From Microcystis aeruginosa NIES-843 (lineage in GTDB: Bacteria > Cyanobacteriota > Cyanobacteriia > Cyanobacteriales > Microcystaceae): a stretch of 32,000 bases of DNA. Positions 16,196 through 23,951 of the stretch are shown piece by piece (the first letter of the stretch is position 1; each line of letters starts with the position of its first letter). The position numbers and the translations under genes were made by a program. The notes below the pieces were generated by a model. The model saw only the letters and a list, made by a program, of their open reading frames with translations, made no database searches and was not told the origin of the DNA. Location: positions 3,900,001 to 3,932,000 of the forward strand of contig NC_010296.1 in NCBI RefSeq assembly GCF_000010625.1, in the 5' to 3' direction.

Positions 16196-16627
16196 ATGTC
16201 CTATTTGTTTTTGTTCCCACTATTCACCGCTGCCTTGGCTGCCTATTTCTGGCAGCAGTCCAGCGATGAGATCGCTTATCTGGCCAGTGCCGCCACGGTA
16301 ATTAGTTTAGTGTTGAGTCTGGTTTTAGCTCCTTGGCAGATTCAGCTATTAATTCTCTTGACAGTTGTGATTGTCGTCACCTTTTTATGGCAAGGACGAG
16401 AAGAGCAGAAGAATGTCCCCGTCCCCACTCCAGAAACCGCCGGCGAGAAAAAGTACCGTGGGGCCACCTATATCGAGCCAACAGTCACCGAGGCTCCTGT
16501 CAAGGAGCGAGGAGGTAAATATCGCGGTGCGGAGGTTAAAATCACCAATAATCCCACGGTGGCTAACCCAATTCGCTCCTCATCTCTCAAATATCGCGGC
16601 GCTGGTTCAGCAAACAAGGACCAGTAA
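16196..16627 (+). CDS. Membrane protein with three KYRGA repeats (DUF4278-like)
   Basis: 143 aa. Two N-terminal TM helices, then KKYRGATY, GKYRGAEV and LKYRGAGS repeats reminiscent of the YRG motif of cyanobacterial DUF4278. Confidence 0.65.
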   Translation: MSYLFLFPLFTAALAAYFWQQSSDEIAYLASAATVISLVLSLVLAPWQIQLLILLTVVIVVTFLWQGREEQKNVPVPTPETAGEKKYRGATYIEPTVTEAPVKERGGKYRGAEVKITNNPTVANPIRSSSLKYRGAGSANKDQ

Positions 16628-16680
16628 TCAGTTATCAGTTATCAGTTATCAGTTATCAGTTATCAGTTATCAGTTATCAG
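16628..16680. repeat. Heptamer STRR array (TCAGTTA)x7.5, starting at the stop codon of the preceding gene
   Basis: Read directly. Followed by GATTTGAGTTTTAAGTG. An inverted copy of the array plus tail lies at 20766..20823. Confidence 0.95.
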
Positions 16681-16708
16681 ATTTGAGTTTTAAGTGAGTA
16701 GTATTAAA

Positions 16709-16918
<210 letters not shown>

Positions 16919-16986
16919 GAAGTTTCCTACTGTCTTTTCACTGTTTACTGTTTATTGTTCACTGTTCACTGAAACTTCCCACCTAT

Positions 16987-18480
16987 CTACTGGTCTTGAA
17001 TATAAGGCTGATTATTTTTGATACAATTGTATGCCTTTTGTAACTCGATTCCCAGATAACCGATATGTTCGGGAATAATTGCGGGATTGGTAGCGGCAAG
17101 CTCGCGGATTAATTTGAGGGGATTTTTGCCTTGATAACAAGCGACAACTTCCCCGCTGCCGGGGGTAGTTTGTTGGACAAGAATTTGTTCTTTTTCCACA
17201 GAAATCAAAAAGTTACCGCTAGGGTCAAAAAAATCGCGCTGATTGACAATTTTATCGTACTGGGTGGCGATTAATCGTTCGACATTCTCCCAAGTATCAT
17301 CGTATATATGGGCCGATTGACTAATAGTAATCAATGGACCCAAGGTTAAATTATACTGGGAGCGTTGATTGATTTCTTGGCAAATATGTTGCTGTAAAGC
17401 GCGCAATCCCATGGCATTTGCCGGCCAAGCGGCAAACATATCATTACTTCTAAATATTGCGGTGAGAGATAATTCATTTTCCACCACTCGCACCCAAATA
17501 TGATTTAAACAGGGACTACCTCCCTTTTCGTGGTCTTTCACATCCCAGAGGGACATAACTGCACTGGCTGCGTCAATTTCTGAGATTAATTTATTAATAA
17601 CCTGTGCAATTTGGTCTCGGCCAAACCAAGAGCGCAATCTTTGACCGTAGGTGTATTTAACTCCTTGGTGTATAGGGGAATCATCGAGAATTTGTCCGAT
17701 ATATTCGGTGAGAAAAGCTCTATCTATAGGCAAATAATTAGGTTCAGGAAAATAAAAGTCTGGGGGTTCATTGGTGACAACGGCCATTAAGTCAATTAAT
17801 TCTTGCCATTTACCATCATATCCTGTCGGTCTAATTGTGCCGGTGGTTTTAATCTTTTGGAGAATTTTTACCCAAGTTTCGGCAATAGTTTTTCCTTCAA
17901 TCCGATGACCGTATCTTGTCCCGGGTAGCAAAGAAGGAAGATTTTCTGAGATAGGAAAGGTTAATGGTTTTCCCCAAGTTGGTAAGGGGGATTGTTTTGC
18001 ATAATTTTTGACAGTTTCAATCGCTTCTGGGATGGATTTAACTGGTTGATATTGAATTGATTGACGCAATTTTTCGAGAATTTCTCGGTCAATTTCTTTG
18101 TCAATATATCCAGTGGTAGAAGAATTAATTAGCCAACATTCTTTACCTGTGTCACTTTTTCCTAACTGGAATCCTTGACTAAAAAAATCTAGCAAACATT
18201 GACAGCTACCGGAGTTCTTATCTTCCTTAGTTGCGTTGAGAATAACTAAGTATCTAACGTGGGGATTTGCTATTAAGTTTCTCAGCAGGGGACTAATTCC
18301 TCTGGTGGGACTATAAAGATTACCAATCACCGCGTATTGGTCGGGATTTAAATGTTTAGCAAGGGACTGTTTTACTGTCCATCCCGTGATAATTGCTGTT
18401 TGGCCGTGACCGCAGATTAATTGATTGGGTTTATAGTGGGGTTGGTAGGTGAATTTAGGGGTGGTTTCTGTACTAAGCAT
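16987..18480 (-). CDS. Three-domain fusion: MtrA-like N-terminal domain, thymidylate-synthase (ThyA)-like core, DUF4346-like C-terminus
   Basis: 497 aa. N-terminal ..AVIGNLYSPTRGISPLLRNLIANPHVRYLVIL.. resembles MtrA. The core carries YGQRLRSW, DQIAQVINKL, SPCL, FRSND, WPANAMG and AHIY, which align by eye to ThyA motifs. The tail reads FFDPSGNFLISV..HIGYLGIELQKAY..YIQDQ. Confidence 0.7.
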   Translation of the reverse strand: MLSTETTPKFTYQPHYKPNQLICGHGQTAIITGWTVKQSLAKHLNPDQYAVIGNLYSPTRGISPLLRNLIANPHVRYLVILNATKEDKNSGSCQCLLDFFSQGFQLGKSDTGKECWLINSSTTGYIDKEIDREILEKLRQSIQYQPVKSIPEAIETVKNYAKQSPLPTWGKPLTFPISENLPSLLPGTRYGHRIEGKTIAETWVKILQKIKTTGTIRPTGYDGKWQELIDLMAVVTNEPPDFYFPEPNYLPIDRAFLTEYIGQILDDSPIHQGVKYTYGQRLRSWFGRDQIAQVINKLISEIDAASAVMSLWDVKDHEKGGSPCLNHIWVRVVENELSLTAIFRSNDMFAAWPANAMGLRALQQHICQEINQRSQYNLTLGPLITISQSAHIYDDTWENVERLIATQYDKIVNQRDFFDPSGNFLISVEKEQILVQQTTPGSGEVVACYQGKNPLKLIRELAATNPAIIPEHIGYLGIELQKAYNCIKNNQPYIQDQ

Positions 18481-18484
18481 GGAT

Positions 18485-19108
18485 TTAAATTAATCGTTCA
18501 AGATAATTAATAATATTTCGGTGAAGGTTTTCTATTGTATCACTACCATCCAGTTGTAAACAATTATCTTTATATTCTTTAAATATCTGGATAAACATTT
18601 GACGAACTTTCATTAATTTTTCTTGTTTTTCGTACACTTCTGTGATAGCTCTGTTTTTAATTCTTGCTAGAGAAATATCGGGAAGAACATCGATATAAAT
18701 AACTATATCTGGATTGGGAAAATGTTGATTTAACTGCCGCACAAAAGCCAATTCTTCGGGATTATTGCAATTGTAGGCCAGGGAAGAAAAATAATAACGA
18801 GTAGTGATAACGTGGGTTTGTTCTTGGTGAATAAGTTTAAAAACGCCATCGTGATCATTATATAAGTGATCATGGCGATCAGCTGCAAATAAATAGGCCA
18901 TTTGTCGGTCAAATTGATTTTGATCTTTGATAGAAATAAGATTAGTTTGCATTATTTCTCGAATCAAACGACCGATAACTCCCTCGGAAGGTTCCGGACT
19001 TAAAACTGCTTTTTCCCCTCGCTTTAAAAAATATTCTTGTAAGAGTTTTGCTTGGGTACTTGTTCCCGATCCATCAATACCTTCAAAGACAATAAATTTC
19101 GGTTTCAT
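18485..19108 (-). CDS. Divergent thymidylate (dTMP) kinase-family nucleoside-monophosphate kinase
   Basis: 207 aa. P-loop FIVFEGIDGSGTST, FAADRHDH and SSLAY motifs. TRY replaces the usual DRY, and SPEPSEG replaces TREPGGT. A 4-nt gap separates it from the downstream gene. Confidence 0.75.
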   Translation of the reverse strand: MKPKFIVFEGIDGSGTSTQAKLLQEYFLKRGEKAVLSPEPSEGVIGRLIREIMQTNLISIKDQNQFDRQMAYLFAADRHDHLYNDHDGVFKLIHQEQTHVITTRYYFSSLAYNCNNPEELAFVRQLNQHFPNPDIVIYIDVLPDISLARIKNRAITEVYEKQEKLMKVRQMFIQIFKEYKDNCLQLDGSDTIENLHRNIINYLERLI

Positions 19109-19133
19109 AATTTAATCTTCCTTCTCAATCTAA

Positions 19134-20519
19134 TTATCTGAATAATTGTTTTAGCCAAGTTAACCAAGATTTTTTCGGGGGGATTAATTGCGTCATTTCT
19201 CCGATAATCTCTCCCATACTTCCCCAAGCATAAATATTTTTATTGAGGGATTGTATGGTTAAATTTTCTTGGAAAGCTAAACTGATAATACTAATCATTT
19301 CCTCTGCTTGATTACCGACTATTTGCGCTCCCAGTATTTTACCATCTTGTCGGTAGATTAATTGACAAAATCCCGTGGTTTCCCCCCAGATTTGCTGTGG
19401 GACCATATTTTTAATTGGATAGTTGATCATCTTTACCTCCTCACCATAGCTGTCCTGAGCTGCTTTTCCAGTTAAACCCACCCAAGCAATAGCAGGATCA
19501 AAAGCAATAAATGAGGGAATTTGCTCGGGATTAAAGTTAAATTTTTCTCCCGTGAGCAGATGCTTGACTAACCCAAAAGCAGCCCGGTGATTTAAAGTAG
19601 GATCGGGATAATTATTTCTGAGCAAATTTAGGGCATAAATGCGGGAATTATCGGTTTGGAATTGCTGATTAACCCTAATTAATCCCTCCTCTAGTTTAAC
19701 TCCCACCCCGGCCAAATTTAATCCCTGTTCATTGACTTGATAATTACCGGCAAAAATGAGATCATCAACTTCGATAACACGATTGCCTAATTGTAACCAT
19801 TTTTGACCCTCGATCGCTTTCACTTGACTAGGACAATAGCCTGGTAAAATCTTAATTCCTTCCGCTTCTAAAATGGCAGTAACTAAATGGGAGATTTCCC
19901 GATCAATATCCGGCAGTAGATAATTATCCTCGATAATTAAGCTAATTTCTTTCCCCAAACGTCGGAGAATTTGCGCTAAACTCACAGCCATGCTGCTGTT
20001 GCCAATAATCGCTAAATGTTGTCCCAACTTGTCTAAATTTGGCCCTTGCCAAAGGGTTTGAGCGGTAAAATAATTAACCTCATCTAAGCCGAAAATTTTC
20101 GGGACTTGCAGATAAAAACCCGTGGCGATAAGATAGTGTTTAGCCAACAATTGCCGACCATTAACCACAAATCCTAAATGGGGCAACCGAACAAATTCCC
20201 CCCCACCCGGGATAACATCTATTCCTTCCGTGGCTAATCTCGCTAAAGAATGATGTTTATTAATAGTTTTATCTACTTCCTCTAACCATTGCCGCAACCG
20301 TTGCCATTGGGGATAAATGGCCGTTTCTTGCCAATGATTCAGCAGTTTATAGAGATGGATAATTTGGCTGTAGCCCTTGCTAAAAATGTCCTCAGATGCC
20401 TCTAAATTGCCGCTATAAGGCTGTTGCACTAAAGCCACCCTTTTTTTGAGGTGAACAGCCAACAAAGCCGCTTCTATCCCCGTAGGAGTGGCACCAATAA
20501 TTACTAAGTCGTAAACCAC
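19134..20519 (-). CDS. Class-I pyridine-nucleotide-disulfide oxidoreductase homolog lacking redox-active and cofactor motifs
   Basis: 461 aa with Lpd/MerA/GR-like layout (N-terminal DLVIIGATPTG, central LAIIGNSSMAV, dimerisation-domain GFCQLIY..ILGAQIVGNQAEE). There is no CxxxxC. IYALNLL replaces IYAxGD, and WGSMGE replaces HPxxxE. Confidence 0.7.
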   Translation of the reverse strand: MVYDLVIIGATPTGIEAALLAVHLKKRVALVQQPYSGNLEASEDIFSKGYSQIIHLYKLLNHWQETAIYPQWQRLRQWLEEVDKTINKHHSLARLATEGIDVIPGGGEFVRLPHLGFVVNGRQLLAKHYLIATGFYLQVPKIFGLDEVNYFTAQTLWQGPNLDKLGQHLAIIGNSSMAVSLAQILRRLGKEISLIIEDNYLLPDIDREISHLVTAILEAEGIKILPGYCPSQVKAIEGQKWLQLGNRVIEVDDLIFAGNYQVNEQGLNLAGVGVKLEEGLIRVNQQFQTDNSRIYALNLLRNNYPDPTLNHRAAFGLVKHLLTGEKFNFNPEQIPSFIAFDPAIAWVGLTGKAAQDSYGEEVKMINYPIKNMVPQQIWGETTGFCQLIYRQDGKILGAQIVGNQAEEMISIISLAFQENLTIQSLNKNIYAWGSMGEIIGEMTQLIPPKKSWLTWLKQLFR

Positions 20520-20530
20520 AAATATAAAGT

Positions 20531-20636
20531 AGGAGTCAGGAGACAGGAGTCAGGAGACAGTATTCAGGAGTCAGGAGACAGTATTCAGGAATCAGGAGAC
20601 AGTATTCAGGAATCAGGAGACAGTATTCAGGAATCG
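20531..20636. repeat. Compound STRR array (AGGAGTC/AGGAGAC units, then a 21-nt CAGGAGACAGTATTCAGGAAT unit x4)
   Basis: Read directly. The 21-mer is three related heptamers. Confidence 0.9.
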
Positions 20637-20781
20637 GAAACTTAACACTTAAGTAGGGAGGCACAATTATTTGTAGGATGGGTTAGCGGTAGCGTAACAT
20701 AATCGGGCGTTGGGTTTCATGCTTCAACCCAACCTACGTTCATCTTATATTTAATTCCACCCACCCACTTAAAACTCAAAT

Positions 20782-20823
20782 CTGATAACTGATAACTGAT
20801 TACTGATAACTGATAACTGATTA
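20782..20823. repeat. Heptamer STRR array (CTGATAA/CTGATTA)x6, ending on the hisIE stop codon
   Basis: Reverse complement of the 16628..16680 array. Preceded by CACTTAAAACTCAAATC (the inverted tail). Confidence 0.95.
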
Positions 20824-21456
20824 CCGGCGCCGGTCTTGCAGTTTTTTATAGACATCTCGCAGGGGGACTTGATGATGGGCGAGAGCGACGAGGGTATGAT
20901 AAAAAAGATCGGCCACTTCTGAGGCAATAGCATCGCCATCATTATCTTTGCAGGCCATGACCACTTCTGCCGATTCTTCGCCGATTTTCTTGAGAATTTT
21001 GTTATCTCCCCCGGCCAAAAGTTTACAGGTGTAGGATTCCGGATGAGGATCGTCTCTGCGATCGCAAATTACCTTAAACAATTCCGAGAGGGTGTCGGCC
21101 GCTGGCGGTGATTTTTGCCAATTTACCTGGTGAAAACAGCTTCTTTCGCCGGTATGACAGGCGATATCACCGATTTGCTCAATAGTCAGCAATATCGCAT
21201 CACTATCGCAATCGTAGCGAATTTGACGCACCTTTTGGATATGGCCAGAAGTAGCGCCCTTGTGCCATAATTCTTGACGAGAACGACTCCAATACCACGC
21301 TTCCCCAGTGGTGAGGGTTTTTTCGAGGGATTCCCGATTCATCCAGGCCATCATTAACACTGTAGCATCAAGATAGTCTTGAGCGATCGCCGGTACTAAA
21401 CCCTGGGGATTATAAGCGATCGCGTCGAGGGGAATAGCGGAGAGTAAAGAGGACAT
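20821..21456 (-). CDS. hisIE: Bifunctional phosphoribosyl-AMP cyclohydrolase / phosphoribosyl-ATP pyrophosphatase
   Basis: 211 aa. HisI part: [34 protein letters not shown]. HisE part: [32 protein letters not shown]. Confidence 0.92.
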   Translation of the reverse strand: MSSLLSAIPLDAIAYNPQGLVPAIAQDYLDATVLMMAWMNRESLEKTLTTGEAWYWSRSRQELWHKGATSGHIQKVRQIRYDCDSDAILLTIEQIGDIACHTGERSCFHQVNWQKSPPAADTLSELFKVICDRRDDPHPESYTCKLLAGGDNKILKKIGEESAEVVMACKDNDGDAIASEVADLFYHTLVALAHHQVPLRDVYKKLQDRRR

Positions 21457-21615
21457 CAGTTTTTCGCGGTCAAGAATTATGCTGGGATAAATTACCCAAA
21501 GCTTAATTATATAGCCTTGAGGAATTCCCCTAAATGGCCGCAGAAAATTACATTAACCGTGAGTGAGGAAAGTTTACATTTCTTAAGATAGACAAGAAAA
21601 TTTCCGTCCGACCAG

Positions 21616-21730
21616 TTAAGTAGCTGGTTATAATTAAATTAAAAATGGATTTTAGGTTCGATCCCCCCTGCCCCCCTTGATAAGGGGGGTGCCGATAGGC
21701 GGGGGGATCCCCCCTGCCCCCTAGTAGGGC
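21616..21730. repeat. Second copy of the TTAAGTAG MITE-like element (partly diverged 3' half)
   Basis: 81 bp are identical to 15436..15516. The right boundary is uncertain. Confidence 0.65.
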
Positions 21731-21994
21731 TGATTCATTCTCCGAATCTAATTCTTTTTTTTGCTACCTTTAATCGCTTATGAGGCAAGCAAAGCACGAC
21801 GTTTTTAAAAATTTTCAGATATTTATTCCAAGAAATCGACTAAAAACGTTGCCAGATAAGGATTTGAGAGAATGACATTTGAGAGAATGAAACGACCCTA
21901 CCCCAACCCCCCACCCCCCCTTGCCCCCCCGACATCGGGGGGGGTGAGAGAGGTTTGGCTAATCTAAGAATAAGCGGTTTAAATGCGTCTTAGC

Positions 21995-22876
21995 TTAACA
22001 ACAATCGGATGTCACCTCGATCGCTTGTTCCGATTCAATGATAATCTGATCATTAACGGTAAAATTCCCAGTTTTGATTTCTTCAGCTTTCAAAAGAATT
22101 AAATACTCATAAAAAGCCTGTAATGTACACCAAGCAAAACCGGCTTTTCCGTCCCGGATTCCCCCTAAAATAAAGTACATATACAACCAACGCAAGAGGG
22201 GACGACAGGGTAAACGCAGGGATAAATCTTTTAAAGCGCGTCTTCTGGCCACTTCGTTATCACCAAAGAATAAATCCCACCATTTCACCGCACCATTTTC
22301 CAATTGAGAGAGAGTTTCTCTTGCTTCATCGCTAGAATAACGATTGTGTTTTTCTATCCAGCGACTTAAACCTTTACTACAGGTGTAATGGGGATAGGTT
22401 TCTTGCAGAAAACCGGTTGCTCCCAGACAAACTTCTCTTTCCGTGTGACCATAATCGGAAAACCAGACCTGTCCTTTTTTCAATAAACGCAATTGATAGC
22501 GGGGATACTGGGTACTGTGACGAATCCATGTTCCCATAAACATCACTCTTTCGGCCGCATAATAACCCACATTATCTGGGGATTTTATTACCTGTAAACA
22601 TTCTCGGAATAACTCCGGGGTCATCCGTTCATCAGCCTCTAAAATATACACCCATTCGTGTTTAGTGGGAATGGAACGTAACATCCAGCTGCGTTGTTCT
22701 CCGTGACTTTCAAAAGCGTGTTGGATGACACGGACGGGATAACGTTGGGCAATTTCTACAGTGCGATCGTTACTAAAGGAATCCACCACAATAATATCAT
22801 CAGACAGTTGTGCCGATTCAATGCAGGCGGCGATATCGATTTCTTCGTTATGGGTAAGGATGTAGATAGAGAACAT
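21995..22876 (-). CDS. Family 2 glycosyltransferase
   Basis: 293 aa. The N-terminal GT-A signature is IYILTHNEE..IVVDSFSNDRT, with an acidic ILEADE motif. Confidence 0.85.
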   Translation of the reverse strand: MFSIYILTHNEEIDIAACIESAQLSDDIIVVDSFSNDRTVEIAQRYPVRVIQHAFESHGEQRSWMLRSIPTKHEWVYILEADERMTPELFRECLQVIKSPDNVGYYAAERVMFMGTWIRHSTQYPRYQLRLLKKGQVWFSDYGHTEREVCLGATGFLQETYPHYTCSKGLSRWIEKHNRYSSDEARETLSQLENGAVKWWDLFFGDNEVARRRALKDLSLRLPCRPLLRWLYMYFILGGIRDGKAGFAWCTLQAFYEYLILLKAEEIKTGNFTVNDQIIIESEQAIEVTSDCC

Positions 22877-22898
22877 GGGCGATTTTTATAGGGTGATG

Positions 22899-23010
22899 GA
22901 GGTTGGGGGTTGGGGGTTGGGGTGTTGGGGTAGTGGGGAATTTAGGTGAAATTTCCCCATCTCCCTATTTCCCCATCTCCCTATTTCCCTATCCCCTATT
23001 CGCGTTAGAA
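22899..23010. repeat. G-rich heptamer array (GGGGGTT-like) followed by C-rich ~16-nt repeats (TCCCCATCTCCCTATT x2-3)
   Basis: Read directly in the GT2 / PEP-CTERM intergenic region. Confidence 0.85.
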
Positions 23011-23120
23011 TCAATACTTACAGGGAAAGCTAAAAGCTAGAAAACCAAACAGGGCATCTAACCTTTAGCTATTCTTGTTCAACGTCACAGTTATCAATGT
23101 GTGCAAGACATTGGTAACTG

Positions 23121-23867
23121 TTATTTTTGTTTCTTGAAGCGGGAAACCATTCCTAAACCACCCACTGCCAGAAGTCCGAGGATAGTACCCGGTTCGGGGA
23201 CTTTGATACCATGTTGAGTGAAGTCGTTAGTGGAAGATTGCAGCAGAGACATGCCACCGTCGCTCATGACCCCATATGTATCGATCACTTTGATGCTTTG
23301 AACCATGAAAGGCTCAAGAGTGTCCATGTCCTCAGAGCCGTTTAGGGATTCTAGGGTTAGAAGCGAAGCACCTGCCAGGGTTTTAATCTCCTTGGTAGCC
23401 TTATACGTCCCCCCCATTCCAGATATATCTGTATCGAATGAAACAGAGTCGAAATACATCGTGGGGTCGGTAATATCGACTTGGTAGTGCAATTGACCTT
23501 GATCACGACCCATGCCCGCTGGATTGTATTGTACAGTCCAAACACCGCCATTCAAGAGGAATGATAGGCCATCGCCGACAGCAACATCGGCAACAACGCT
23601 GAAATTGGAGAACACTTTGTCGCCTAGCGCAACGGAATCATAGACCACAGGGGGGGTCAGAATGTCACCGTCATCGTCAATCGCAAGACCATACCCTAAC
23701 CCCTGAGCGACAAGCACAGCATCGACCATACCGTTGCCTCCAATCAATGGAGGGGTAAAAGTGGCAGCTTGAGCAGGAGCGGCGATAGCGGTGGCGATAC
23801 CGAGGGTGGCTACACCAGAAAGGATTTTGGTTAATTTGTTGGTTGTCAACATAACTGAATTATGCAT
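23121..23867 (-). CDS. PEP-CTERM sorting-domain secreted protein
   Basis: N-terminal signal peptide (..GIATAIAAPAQA). C-terminal VPEPGTILGLLAVGGLGMVSRFKKQK contains PEP, a TM helix and a basic tail. Confidence 0.88.
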   Translation of the reverse strand: MHNSVMLTTNKLTKILSGVATLGIATAIAAPAQAATFTPPLIGGNGMVDAVLVAQGLGYGLAIDDDGDILTPPVVYDSVALGDKVFSNFSVVADVAVGDGLSFLLNGGVWTVQYNPAGMGRDQGQLHYQVDITDPTMYFDSVSFDTDISGMGGTYKATKEIKTLAGASLLTLESLNGSEDMDTLEPFMVQSIKVIDTYGVMSDGGMSLLQSSTNDFTQHGIKVPEPGTILGLLAVGGLGMVSRFKKQK

Positions 23868-23951
23868 CGTTAATTGTGTGTACTATAGCCATCAAAAGAA
23901 GTTAAGCAAGCGTTAAGCTCGCTGATAACTTCTTTTGCGACTTGACAGAAT

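Noticed and set aside
16333-16697. Alternative-frame ORFs 16333..16518 and 16371..16697
   Set aside because: They overlap the DUF4278-like CDS. The second runs into the heptamer array (translating as QLSVISY repeats), which is an artefact of the repeat.
20641-20760. GGATGGGTTAGCGGTAGCGTAAC...GTTGGGTTTCATGCTTCAACCCAACCTAC segment considered as a structured RNA gene
   Set aside because: It looks like a member of a GGGTT/AACCC hairpin repeat family that I recall from cyanobacterial intergenic regions. With only a single copy in the window, I cannot support an RNA gene call.
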